DNA from: Flectonema sp. DT1601
Taxonomy: Eukaryota
Direction of reading: 5' to 3'
Length of the DNA: 64,000 nucleotides
Assembly: GCA_964019425.1 (NCBI GenBank)
Contig: OZ025792.1
Location: 1,054,001 to 1,118,000 of the forward strand
In this document: positions 10,142-21,888 of the stretch, piece after piece
Position numbering within the stretch: the stretch's first letter is position 1
How the letters are laid out: each line of letters opens with the position of its first letter
Translations under genes and position numbers: made by a program
The notes under the pieces: model-generated
What the model saw: the letters and a program-made list of their open reading frames with translations, nothing else
Database searches by the model: none
Told to the model about the DNA's origin: nothing

Positions 10142-13100
10142 CTAAATTTCAAATATCTCGGAATTTCTGTTCTTATCCAGGAATTCTTGTTTCATTAAAG
10201 AAAGCTCTGAAGAAGCTTCCTCTGTTGGTAAATTCCTCATCGTCAACACTGAACCAGAATTCGATGTCCTTGAAAACGAAGCCAACGGATGCATCGATGG
10301 CAACGGCGACAACGCATCACTCATCGTCAAAGGCATTGACTCGCTTACTACAGAAGTCTCATCAAGCTTCTTATTCTTTTCCCAATGTCTTTGTTGTACT
10401 CGAGTTCGAATACCCTTGCACAGAATGTATCCTTCAACAAGAACATCAATTCCTGACTTAACTATTAAAATAATTACCGAAGCAAATAGAAAAGTAGAAG
10501 CGACTTCGAAAATATAGTGTCTGGTGTTCTCTTCGTAGTAACCTGCTGCCATGCAGAAAAGAGCAGCTGCCTGGAGACCGAGGAGGACGAAGTCGACAGT
10601 GCTGTCACGTGCTCGACAGTGCGGCCAGAGAATTGCTTCGAGTACAAGGAGAATTAAAAAGAGAAATCCTTCAAAAAGTTTCTTGTGTCCGCACTGAATT
10701 AAAGTTCTGGTATTGAGAGACTCCATAGCACTGATCGCAAGCATCGAAGCAAACTCCACAATACTAAACCAAACTACTTCTTGACGAAATGATCCAATCA
10801 CTGTTCTGTAACGATTCACCCAATGAAGCTCAACATGATTGCTGACCCATTCTCCAGGTCCCATCAACAGTCGCTTCAATCCATAACGAGCATCGTCAGC
10901 GTACACTGCCTGACTAGGAACTCCCCTCCTGCATTCTCTAAAGATAAATATTGGAACAGCAACACAACCACAACACGTTACCAATCCTATTATAAAGTGA
11001 AATGGCGTATTCGGGTGGCTCACAAGAGACATCCCACCTTGTGTCGTACCTTGGTATAAGAATTGGAAGACGAACAACGGAGCCGAAGGAAATCTCAGTA
11101 ATCCCTGAGTGTCCAAACCATTGAACAACTTTGGGGCACAACTCGTACCTCCCCGTTCTGCTATCTTTAATATGAAGAAACACAATACTGCAAACCCGAA
11201 TGATATCATCACATTCCCAGCCACCATTCCAAGCGCATAACTGTCTCCAATTTTCCACTGTGTCGGGTGTAGAGGTCGAGGGTACTCCCTCGATGAATTA
11301 TTCTCATTTCCAGCACGGCAGCTTCCAGATATCGCAACCAACCGCAAGGCTGGTCCCGCTGATGCACCGGCTCCCAAAGCAGAAGCCGCCGCAGCTGCCG
11401 AACCCACCCCTTCAACGGTTTCCGCCGTCTTCTTGTCGATCACTGGTGGAACTTCTGTTGGAGGTGCGGCAGTCTCAGGCACGCTAGTGGAAGGAACAGG
11501 AGTAGGAAGTAACGGAGAAGGCATCGGTGTCGGAATCGATGTTGGAGGTAATGTTGGCACAGCGGTTGGCACAGCGGTTGGTATTACAGGAACGGAAGTT
11601 GGGGCCGCAGCTGGAACAGCTGTCGGTACGGTCGTAGGTATGGCTGTAGGAATTGCGGTAGGCACTGCAGTGGGGACAATTGTTGGTACAGCAGTTGGCA
11701 CCGCGGTCAGTATGGCTGTAGGAATTGCGGTAGGCACTGCAGTGGGGACAATCGTTTGTACAGCAGTTGGCACCGCGGTCGGTATGGCTGTAGGAATTGC
11801 GGTAGGAACTGCAGTGGGGACAATCGTTGGTACAGCAGTTGGCACCGCGGTCGGTATGGCTGTAGGAATTGCGGTAGGCACGGCTGTTGGCACCGCAGTA
11901 GGTATGGTTGTCGGAACAGCTGTCGGCACTGCACTGGGGACAATCGTTGGAACAGCAGTTGGCACCGCGGTCGGTATGGCTGTAGGAATTGCAGTAGGAA
12001 CGGCTGTTGGCACCGCAGTCGGTATGGTTGTCGGAACAGCTGTCGGCACTGCAGTGGGTACTGCCGTTGGCACTGCAGTCGGTATGGCGGTTGGAACGGC
12101 CGTAGGAACGGCCGTCGGAATAGCGGTGGGCACAGCTGTTGGCACTGCAGTGGGTATTGCCGTTGGAACAGCCGTTGGTACGGCCGGCGGCACTGCTGTC
12201 GGAATGGCTGTCGGAACAGGTGTTATTCTTCCGTAGAGGACACAGCCACCGCCAGTTGATTTGACAGTGTAAATATAGTTTGAGACTGCAATAATTTCAT
12301 CGGCATCATGCGATATGGTTTCAGCAATTCCACCGTCAAAGACCGGAAGACTGGGACCTGTACCGTAAGCTACTCCTGGAGTGTCTCCATGTTGACAGGT
12401 TACGTCTAACATATTACCAGGGTTAGCATTTACACGGCCAGGTAACGAAGTACCCAATCCACCGAAGAAAGTATTGTCTCCTACGGCAAAGACATATCCG
12501 TTGCAGGCAACAATGCGTTTGAGTCTGTTCACGTCGTTGAAATATGTCGCCGAAGACCCTCTGCTGCTTAGTGAATTGATACCTGGAGTAGTGGTTGAGT
12601 AATCACTGAGGAAAAATATCTCCCCAGTGGACTCGTCTACGGTAATCGATCCGATGTCTTGTAAGAAGCTTCCTGAGCTGTCTACAGTCCCCATGGCAAT
12701 GTCTGCCATTTCGAAGTATACTATCCCTTCGTTTTGACATGCGCCATAGATAGTAGTTCCCTTAGCAGCGAGTTCAAGACAACTTCCAGAGTATGGAAAT
12801 TCCATCACATTCGCAGTGTCAATTGAACCACCACCAAGAATAGGAAATACATGTAGCTTACCAGGTTCAGCAGCAACCATATAAGGTGTTCCTCCGATAG
12901 TTATTGAAGTAGCAGTAATAATGTTTGAATTGTAACCCTTTGTTGAAACCGTTGCGCACTGAGAAATTTCAGGATCAAACTGTCTGATTAGAGTATCAGA
13001 AATTGAGTACATCCAGTTGTCATAAACAGCAATTGTTCCTAAACGAGGATTGTATCCAATAGCATCAAGCAATACTGTCTTGTAGCATGTTGCTAATTGC

Positions 13101-13156
13101 ACCACAGTCAGAAGGATGAAAAACGTCCCCACATGCCTGAAGGTACTTGCCGCCAT
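10142..13156 (-). CDS. Surface multi-pass membrane glycoprotein, paralog 2 (~1004 aa)
   Basis: Intact ORF with the same architecture and a near-identical membrane domain to paralog 1. Confidence 0.9.
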   Translation of the reverse strand: MAASTFRHVGTFFILLTVVQLATCYKTVLLDAIGYNPRLGTIAVYDNWMYSISDTLIRQFDPEISQCATVSTKGYNSNIITATSITIGGTPYMVAAEPGKLHVFPILGGGSIDTANVMEFPYSGSCLELAAKGTTIYGACQNEGIVYFEMADIAMGTVDSSGSFLQDIGSITVDESTGEIFFLSDYSTTTPGINSLSSRGSSATYFNDVNRLKRIVACNGYVFAVGDNTFFGGLGTSLPGRVNANPGNMLDVTCQHGDTPGVAYGTGPSLPVFDGGIAETISHDADEIIAVSNYIYTVKSTGGGCVLYGRITPVPTAIPTAVPPAVPTAVPTAIPTAVPTAVPTAIPTAVPTAVPTAIPTAVPTAVPTAVPTAVPTTIPTAVPTAVPTAIPTAIPTAVPTAVPTIVPSAVPTAVPTTIPTAVPTAVPTAIPTAIPTAVPTAVPTIVPTAVPTAIPTAIPTAVPTAVQTIVPTAVPTAIPTAILTAVPTAVPTIVPTAVPTAIPTAIPTTVPTAVPAAAPTSVPVIPTAVPTAVPTLPPTSIPTPMPSPLLPTPVPSTSVPETAAPPTEVPPVIDKKTAETVEGVGSAAAAASALGAGASAGPALRLVAISGSCRAGNENNSSREYPRPLHPTQWKIGDSYALGMVAGNVMISFGFAVLCFFILKIAERGGTSCAPKLFNGLDTQGLLRFPSAPLFVFQFLYQGTTQGGMSLVSHPNTPFHFIIGLVTCCGCVAVPIFIFRECRRGVPSQAVYADDARYGLKRLLMGPGEWVSNHVELHWVNRYRTVIGSFRQEVVWFSIVEFASMLAISAMESLNTRTLIQCGHKKLFEGFLFLILLVLEAILWPHCRARDSTVDFVLLGLQAAALFCMAAGYYEENTRHYIFEVASTFLFASVIILIVKSGIDVLVEGYILCKGIRTRVQQRHWEKNKKLDETSVVSESMPLTMSDALSPLPSMHPLASFSRTSNSGSVLTMRNLPTEEASSELSLMKQEFLDKNRNSEIFEI

Positions 13157-14157
13157 ACTGTGTGGGTGGCTGTGAGTGAAGAACATGTAAAACATAATAC
13201 TCAAATAACTTCGTCAATCAATTCTACTCTGATGAGGGGCATCTTGTCAATTGAAACTTCTGCATAATTGTGATAACTGATGCAAAGATGAGAATAAGGG
13301 AACAGAAAAGAAACTACAATAACCAAAACACACTCAGCCTAATATAGGTTAAACGTGTAATCTAAGAGGATTATCTTTGTTAGTTCCGTGTTGATTATGA
13401 AAATCAACGTTATAAAAGGCAAAGAAGAGAGAAGATAAGAGAAGAGACACAAAGAAAGGATCGAGTGATCGTTTCCTTAGCACTCCATGTTGATAACAGG
13501 ACAGGCTCAACGTAAACAGCAGGAAGATAGAAGTGAATCGCAGGTCACATTCCGAAGATAATAATGCTGAAGAAATGAACCTCATTAAGACCCAGGTAAG
13601 AATCGGTGATTAAGATAATCAAAAGAAAGATTGAAGTGAGGATGATTAACAGGAAGGAACAACAAAGAATTCATTGAACTGAAACAGTTGACCTGTCGTC
13701 ATCCTTGGATAAGTAAATAAAAATAAAGATAAAGACAAAAAACAAAACGAATTAAAGAAGCGTTTTGGTGACTCCGAAAACTGCAAACGCAATCAACAAA
13801 AAGGCATTCTGAAAAAAACAATGCAAATTAAAACATGACATAATCAAAACACATTATGGAAGAAGAAGATGCGCAGATTAAAAAAAAAAACCCCCCAAGA
13901 TAGGAGATCTGTACAATGCTCAACAACCAAAGATTCGAGAATTTTAATAAATAAATATCTGCAGAGGTGGGTGAATGCTTCCCTCCGTAAACAAAGCGAA
14001 TTAAAGAAGCGATAAAGTGTATGCGACGTCTGTGAAGGACTACGAGGCATTATTCCATCAAAGGATTAACGAAAGAAAAGAATTCAAATGCGACTCGAAA
14101 AAAAAAAAGAAAATGATAATAAAACGTTTCGAAGTAAATTCAACGAAGCAGTTATAT

Positions 14158-15884
14158 GAGGCGGTGCAGAAACCCCCCACCAATTTTTACCAGGCTATTC
14201 TGTGGGCACTAATACCCAATCTGAGCTCACCACCCCACGAAAATACTATCCAAAAAACACAAATCCGGTACTGGGGCATCCTCTAACTGCTCACCAGTTT
14301 CAAAATTCCATTTTTTTTTGACTGTTTCTGGTACTTTTGCCTTGTATCTCTGTTGGTTGCCCTCAAAATACTCAAAAACCAGCTTAGCAGCTACGTTGCA
14401 GAAATTTGTTTACACCTGGGTTCCTATGAAGACTGGAATGATAGGAACAGGAGAAGTGATGAGACAGGAGAATCATAGATCCCGTGAGAACTGCAGAGTA
14501 CGATATCGGGTGGTGATTCTGAGTCACCCTTACTGGCAGTGATGGTTGAGCAATGTGAGCATGCTGCTCACAATAAGTACACCCTCAGGGTTACTGGAGT
14601 TTTTCTAGAATCTATAACTGCTCGAGGGAGCTGCTACAAGCTCTATGTTCCAGTGGCTGGGGATAGCAGAAGTGAATGGGATAGAAGTAGGAAAGGAATT
14701 GTGGAAGAACTGGGACAAGAAGGTGGAGTGAGTGGTTGCCTGTCAGTTGTAACACCTGACATGAAAAATCAGGTTCAAGATGAACTGGTAACCTCGAGTG
14801 GTACCATAGTATAAAACTCCTCCATGTATCAAGAAAAAGGAGAGAGGCGGTTACTGTTGCTGTTGAAAACATGATGTAATGGATGGATCTCTGGGGCCTT
14901 CAACATCATCGTAACTTCCTTCTGGCGCTCATAAAGTCCGAAGCTGAGAAGCGAACAACAATGAGAGGAATTATTGAAATAGATTCTCACATTGGAGATA
15001 AGAGACATGTCAGGTGTATTGAGAAGATACATCTAATCCATCCTGGTGACTATATCATGACTCTGGATTATAAAGAAAAGGGCTTCTAATGCCAGAAGGG
15101 CCAAATTCCCCTTTCTATCAACAGGGGAAATAGTCTGCTTGGATGTGTACTACATGAGCAGTTTGGAACTGAGGTTCAGTGTGGCCATAACAACTTCCTA
15201 CTCCCACACATCAACTAGAATGCGATAGTAACGTATCCGGTTATGAATAAGTTCTTCTTGATGTCTGAGAATGATAAGATGATTCACTATTGGGCTGATG
15301 CTGGTAGGCACCTTGAGAACACAACCGTCATCAGCCTGTTCTGTAAAATAAGTAATAATCAGCTTGGGTTAACTTTTTCCCTAGTCGGCATGGCAAGTCC
15401 GAATGTGATCGACACTTTGGCAATATCACATCTGCGCTGACACTCGCATCTAAATCGTAGGAAATCTGGGCCTTCAAGAAAAGCAAAATTTCAAACACAA
15501 TTTCTACCAGTGCTACACAGCTTACAAGGCGAGTGTTACTAGAAACAGTCAAAAAAGTGAAATTTTTAAACTAGTGGGCAGTAAATTGGAGTACCGGATT
15601 TGAGTTTTTTTGGATAGTATTTCCGTGGGGTGGTGAGCTCGGATTGGGTGTTAGGTTCCCACAGAATAGCCTGGTAAAAATTAGGGGTAATTTGATACTG
15701 TTCAAGCTCAAAAGGAACAACAATTTGGGGGGACTTGGATAAATAAATCAAGGTTAACATGCAACAAATTAGACATGAATCATTATGACTGGATTCTGTC
15801 CATACAAAATCGCATGCTTTAAATAAACTACCAGAGAAAGAAATGCTGTCAAGTCAAATTGGGAGGGGGTTTCTGCACATCCTC
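14158..15884 (+). mobile_element. Degenerate TIR DNA transposon, Sola-like (GAG...CTC ends, 4-bp ATAT TSD)
   Basis: Termini GAGGCGGTGCAGAAACCCCC and GGGGGTTTCTGCACATCCTC. Subterminal ~160-bp inverted repeats (14175-14333 vs 15538-15688). ATAT at 14154-14157 and 15885-15888; empty site gttATATcaa at 6041-6050. Broken DDD-type motifs inside. Confidence 0.8.
14880..15440 (+). pseudogene. Disrupted DDD transposase remnant of the Sola-like element
   Basis: Motifs MTLDYKEK (D at 15066), IHYWADAGRHLEN (D at 15297) and, after a frameshift, FPSRHGKSECDRHFG (15389-15409); interrupted by stops. Confidence 0.6.
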
Positions 15885-18834
15885 ATATCAAAAAGGGGAA
15901 AAAAGAAATATAAAGAAAACAGTTAGTTATTACATGAGTTTATCATAAAAAAGTGCACTAAAACAAAATATATTAAATTATTAAATCAGTTTAGTTAGCA
16001 AAACACAGAACTGAGGACTACGAGGGGACTACGTACTATGCCCCGTAGTCTGTTGCAACTTACCCTTAAACAAAGTTAAAAGAAAAAAACAGTTCTTATT
16101 ATAATGCGACAAGCGGCTTTTGTAATAAAAACAAAAAAAAGTATAACGTTTCGAGGATATTCTAAAGTTCATTAATGAGGGCGTGGGGGGACTTAGATAA
16201 ATAAATCAAGGTTAACACGTAACAAATTGGACACAATCTGGGAGCGGGGGGAAGGAAGGTGAAAAAAAAATTATTAAAAATCTTTTTTATTCCATATATA
16301 GCATCTTTATAATACGACTATATGTGCCATATGCCCACATACCACGACGGAAAATTGAAATTCCCTGAACAGTACCGAGGATCGTTCACCCCCAGTTGTC
16401 CAACGCATTGTAATTGTATGGTGGGCTTACCGAAAACTTTATAAAGGTACCACGAAAACTGGGCAGCACATAGCCATATCACTCAGCAAGAAATGAAAAC
16501 AAAAGGATCAGGCAAGACGATAATTAGTTTAAGGTCATGACGGAGTCGGACGTTTTTTTAACATAGAAAACTGTGGGAAAAAATTACAAAAAAAAAAAAA
16601 AAAAAATACTTCTGAGATGTTCGCATTTATTTTATCTGAAACACGTAGAATGGTATCACAAAACACTACACAAATAAAAAGTGCAGTTGATGTGACAATA
16701 GCACTCGCAGCGTGATACGCGGAGTTGCTACCATGATATGATAGTCAAGAGAGGGAGAGAGAGAGAGAGAGAGGGAATGAGAAAGAGAGAGCTTGCTGTA
16801 TCTACTAGTTAGTTAGTGAGTGAGTACTAGAAATTCTAATCATCAGAAACTACAAAAGTATTGTTTTCTAGGGGAAATTAATCTTTTCTAAATCGTTTTG
16901 TTGGGAATGAGAGACATCAAGTAGTCTGAGCTGACCAACAGATCAGTAGCTAAACTGAATTAACGACACCTTATGAGTAAGATGGAAATCAAATAACTTG
17001 CCGCGTGAAAACTTATCAATGCTACTTCATTAAAAGAAAATAAAAATAAATAAAAAGACATGGAGACAATATGAGTTTGTTTTAAAAAAAAAAGTATCGA
17101 ACTAACGACGATGAAATAAACACCAAGCCTAACTAAATATATTTGGTGGAGATGAAACAAAATACTTTGTGGAGTATCACGGTAGTGGACTGAAGACTTA
17201 TCGTGCAGGGTTTCATTACACCCGGCCTTGTGCTAATGAATTAGAACCATCGAGGACACATCTCTTTACGGATTTATTCCAGGCAGTAGTTATCAGACTC
17301 GTCTGAGTTACAATTCTGAGCTACTATTCTGGGGGGAAAAAAAAAAAAAAGGAAAAAAGGGAAAGAAATATAATTGAGCCTTTGATCTTGTTCGGTAATT
17401 CCTGAGGGTGAAGTATAATGGGGGTTAAAGAATCACTTGCATAGGGCTTGGTGCTGCTATCAGAAACACCCTTTACGAACACACACAAAACGTTTTTGCT
17501 TTTTCGTAGTCGCAAAAAGATTGGAGTAGTTCTAACAAGAGTTAGCCCTTCACCCGATCGATCTAGTTCGATCCCGCTACTGAGCATATTACTAGTGCGG
17601 GCTGGGCCCTCTTCATAGATCCGAAGTCTCAGGGTGTGAAGAAACACTGAAGATCAAACCTAAATGGCGTCCACTGTAGTGGGTGATAGACAGATAGAAT
17701 GAGTTTATAATAAAAAAAAGTACACCAAATCAAAATATAAAAAAAAAAAGAAAAGCTGTTCCATAAAAACACTGGAATACGTAGTTTCAGGAGCCTTAAT
17801 CTTATACTACTTGTCCTTCTTTTAGGGACTTCATTCCAGTTAATTTTCAGAACAACAAATTTTATATACTGGGAAAGATCTGCAAGGGTTGAGCAAAAAA
17901 AAAAAAAAATTCCACAGCTGACTCTATAGGAACAGAAAAAAAGAGGCAACCAACAAATCAGTAGCTAAACCGAATGAACGACACCTTATGAGTAAGATGT
18001 GAAATCAAATAACAAAATAAAAATAAATAAAAGGTCGCTCAACCTTTTCAAGAACCCGAAGTTGAACCGCGAAAAAACGTTTCACAAGTATTCTTAATAA
18101 AAGACAGTACTGAACTACAACGACGATGAAACAAAAATGCTGGTTAGCAAATAAAAGGAAAAAAGAATTGGCTTTATCTTCAACTATACAGAAAATAATA
18201 ATATAACACCGTGATGTTTTGTTTGTGCACGAAACCGTGAACCGACTTAAACTGATAAAGCTAAAGGAGGTTTACGTGTGCTGCCAACATTCTTTTTAGT
18301 TCTTACAATACTTGTTAAATGCAAAAAAAAAAAAAACCAAACTGTAGGGAATACCTTGATACTATGATCAAAAACAACTTGAAACTGGCAACTTTTAAGT
18401 TGAACCACAACCAACATAAGGACGATTTCTCTAAGAAATGAAACAGAGACAATATGAGCTTGCACCATATCAAGATGTACAAAAAAGAAACAAAAAGATA
18501 CTAATCTACTATTCCAATCAATACCACCATTGGAATAGTTTCAGATATTTGAGTATGCCATCTCTCATTTCTCTTGTGTGGTTAGTATCTCTTAATTCAT
18601 CTTTTGACTGTTATCACAGAGTTGGCTCTCGGACGTGTTTCTTGTTGTTCTTTTAGTATCAAGCGAATCGAAATCACCCTTTGCTTTTTATATCTTTTTC
18701 TTGGTCACTACCATGCGACGTATGAATGTCGAGGAAACATTAAAAAGGGAGAGCAGATGGAAACAAGATTAGCGTAAGAAATAAAAAACTGAGAGTCTCG
18801 TTAAAGAATAAAAGGGAAACAACAGGAATATCAA

Positions 18835-21800
18835 CTAAATTTCAAATATCTCGGAATTTCTGTTCTTATCCAGGAATTCTTGTTTCATTAAAGAAAGCTC
18901 TGAAGAAGCTTCCCCTGTTGGTAAATTCCTCATCGTCAACACTGAACCAGAATTCGATGTCCTTGAAAACGAAGCCAACGGATGCATCGATGGCAACGGC
19001 GACAACGCATCACTCATCGTCAAAGGCATTGACTCGCTTACTACAGAAGTCTCATCAAGCTTCTTATTCTTTTCCCAATGTCTTTGTTGTACTCGAGTTC
19101 GAATACCCTTGCACAGAATGTATCCTTCAACAAGAACATCAATTCCTGACTTAACTATTAAAACCATTACCGAAGCAAATAGAAAAGTAGAAGCGACTTC
19201 GAAAATGTAGTGTCCGGTGTTCTCTTCGTAGAAACCTGCTGCCATGCAGAAAAGAGCAGCCGCCTGGAGACCGAGGAGGACGAAGTCGACGGCGCTGTCA
19301 CGTGCTCGACAGTGCGGCCAGAGAATTGCTTCGAGTACAAGGAGAATTAGAAAGAGAAATCCTTCAAAAAGTTTCTTGTGTCCGCACTGAATTAAAGTTC
19401 TGGTATTGAGAGACTCCATAGCACTGATCGCAAGCATCGAAGCAAACTCCACAATACTAAACCAAACTACTTCTTGACGAAATGATCCAATCACTGTTCT
19501 GTAACGATTCACCCAATGAAGCTCAACATGATTGCTGACCCATTCTCCAGGTCCCATCAACAGTCGCTTCAATCCATAACGAGCATCGTCAGCGTACACT
19601 GCCTGACTAGGAACTCCCTTCCTGCATTCTCTAAAGATAAATATTGGAACAGCAACACAACCACAACACGTAACAAATCCTATTATAAAGTGAAATGGCG
19701 TATTCGGGTAGCTCACAAGAGACATCCCACCTTGTGTCGTACCTTGGTATAAGAATTGGAAGACGAACAACGGAGCCGAAGGAAATCTCAGTAATCCCTG
19801 AGTGTCCAAACCATTGAACAACTTTGGGGCACAACTCGTACCTCCCCGTTCTGCTATCTTCAACATGAAGAAACACAATACTGCAAACCCGAATGATATC
19901 ATCACATTCCCAGCCACCATTCCAAGCGCATAACTGCCTCCAATTTTCCACTGTGTCGGGTGTAGAGGTCGAGGGTACTCCCTCGATGAATTATTCTCAT
20001 TTCCAATACGACAGCTTCCAGATATCGCAACCAACCGCAAGGCTGGTCCCGCTGATGCACCGGCTCCCAAAGCAGAAGCCGCCGCAGCCGCCGAACCCAC
20101 GTCTTCAATAGTCTCGGTCGTCTTCTTGTCGATTGCTGGTGGAACTTCTGTTGGAGGTGCAGCAGTCTCAGGCACGCTAGTGGAAGGAACAGGAGTAGGA
20201 AGTAACGGAGAAGGCATCGGTGTCGGAATTAATGTTGGAATTGATGTTGGAGGAAATGTTGGCACAGCTGTTGGTACGGTCGTCGGTATTGCTGTTGGAA
20301 CAGCTGTTGGTACAGCTGTTGGTATTACAGGAACGGAAGTTGGCACTGCAGTTGGTACAGCTGTCGGTACGATCGTCGGTACGGCTGTCGGAACATCTGT
20401 TGCACCAATTGGTCGGGCTGTCGGAACTGCGGTAGGGACAGCCGTTGGAACTGCGGTCGGAATAGCAGCTGGAACAGCTGTCGGTACGTTCGTAGGTATG
20501 GCTGTTGGAACAGCTGTTGTACCAATCGGTTGGGCTGTCGGAACTGCGGTCGGAACAGCAGTAGGGACAGCAGTTGGCACTGCGGTAGGAATGGCTGTTG
20601 GAACAGCTGTTGTACCAATCGGTCGGGCTGTCGGAACTGTGGTCGGTACAGCAGTAGGGACGGCAGTTGGCACTGCGGTGGGAATGGCTGTAGGGACAGT
20701 CGTCGGCACCGCGGTCGGAATGGCTGTTGGAATTACAGTAGGAACGGCTGTAGGCACTGTGGTCGGAACGGCCGTTGGAATTGCAGTAGGAACGGCTGTC
20801 GGAATTACAGTAGGGACGGTTGTCGGCACTACGGTCGGAACGGCTGTTGGAATTGCAGTAGGGACGGTTGTCGGCATTGCGGTGGGCACAGCTGTTGGCA
20901 CTGCAGTGGGTATTGCCGTTGGAACAGCCGTTGGTACTGCAGTCGGAACAGGTGTCATCCTTCCGTAGAGCCTACAGCTACCGCTTGATTTCTTGAGAGT
21001 GTAAATAAAGTCTGAGACAGCAATAATTTCATCAGCAGCATTTGCTACGGTTTCGGCAATTCCACCGTCGAAGACTGGAAGACTGGGACCGATACCGTAA
21101 GCTACTCCTGGAGTGTCTCCATGTTGACAGGTTGCGTCTAACATATTACCAGGGTTAGTTTTTACACGGCCAGCTAACCGCCCTACAGGCAATCCGCCGA
21201 AGAAAGTATTGTCTCCTACGGCAAAGACATATCCGTTGCAAGCAACAATGCGTTTGAGCCTGTTCACGTCGTTGAAATATGTCGCCGAAGACCCTTTATT
21301 ATTTAGGCGTTTGATACCTGGAGTAGTGGTTGAGTATTCACTGAGGAAAAATATCTCCCCAGTGGACTCGTCTACGGTAATCGATCCGATGTCTTGTAAG
21401 AAGCTTCCTGAGCTGTCTACAGTTCCCATGGCAATTTTTACCATTTCGAAGTATATTATCCCTTCGTTTTGACATGCGCCATAGATAGTAGTTCCCTTAG
21501 CAGCGAGTTCAAGACAACTTCCAGTGTATGGAAATTCCATGGCATTCGCAGTGTCAATTGAACCACCACCAAGAATAGGAAATACATGTAGCTTACCAGG
21601 TTCAGCAGCAACCAAATAAGGTGTTCCTCCGATAGTTATTGAAGTAGCAGTAATAATGTTTGAAGTGTAACTCTTTGTTGTCATAACTGAGCACTGAGTA
21701 GTTTCAGGATCAAACTGTCTGATCCGAATATCAGAAAACATGTAAATCCACTTGTCATACACAGCCATTGTTTCTATTGCACCGTGTCCAACAGCATCAA

Positions 21801-21888
21801 GCAATACTGTCTTGTAGCATGTTGCTAATTGCACCACAGTCAGAAGGATGAAAAACGTCCCCACATGCCTGAAGGTACTTGCCGCCAT
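18835..21888 (-). CDS. Surface multi-pass membrane glycoprotein, paralog 3 (~1017 aa)
   Basis: Intact ORF, same architecture. Confidence 0.9.
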   Translation of the reverse strand: MAASTFRHVGTFFILLTVVQLATCYKTVLLDAVGHGAIETMAVYDKWIYMFSDIRIRQFDPETTQCSVMTTKSYTSNIITATSITIGGTPYLVAAEPGKLHVFPILGGGSIDTANAMEFPYTGSCLELAAKGTTIYGACQNEGIIYFEMVKIAMGTVDSSGSFLQDIGSITVDESTGEIFFLSEYSTTTPGIKRLNNKGSSATYFNDVNRLKRIVACNGYVFAVGDNTFFGGLPVGRLAGRVKTNPGNMLDATCQHGDTPGVAYGIGPSLPVFDGGIAETVANAADEIIAVSDFIYTLKKSSGSCRLYGRMTPVPTAVPTAVPTAIPTAVPTAVPTAMPTTVPTAIPTAVPTVVPTTVPTVIPTAVPTAIPTAVPTTVPTAVPTVIPTAIPTAVPTTVPTAIPTAVPTAVPTAVPTTVPTARPIGTTAVPTAIPTAVPTAVPTAVPTAVPTAQPIGTTAVPTAIPTNVPTAVPAAIPTAVPTAVPTAVPTARPIGATDVPTAVPTIVPTAVPTAVPTSVPVIPTAVPTAVPTAIPTTVPTAVPTFPPTSIPTLIPTPMPSPLLPTPVPSTSVPETAAPPTEVPPAIDKKTTETIEDVGSAAAAASALGAGASAGPALRLVAISGSCRIGNENNSSREYPRPLHPTQWKIGGSYALGMVAGNVMISFGFAVLCFFMLKIAERGGTSCAPKLFNGLDTQGLLRFPSAPLFVFQFLYQGTTQGGMSLVSYPNTPFHFIIGFVTCCGCVAVPIFIFRECRKGVPSQAVYADDARYGLKRLLMGPGEWVSNHVELHWVNRYRTVIGSFRQEVVWFSIVEFASMLAISAMESLNTRTLIQCGHKKLFEGFLFLILLVLEAILWPHCRARDSAVDFVLLGLQAAALFCMAAGFYEENTGHYIFEVASTFLFASVMVLIVKSGIDVLVEGYILCKGIRTRVQQRHWEKNKKLDETSVVSESMPLTMSDALSPLPSMHPLASFSRTSNSGSVLTMRNLPTGEASSELSLMKQEFLDKNRNSEIFEI

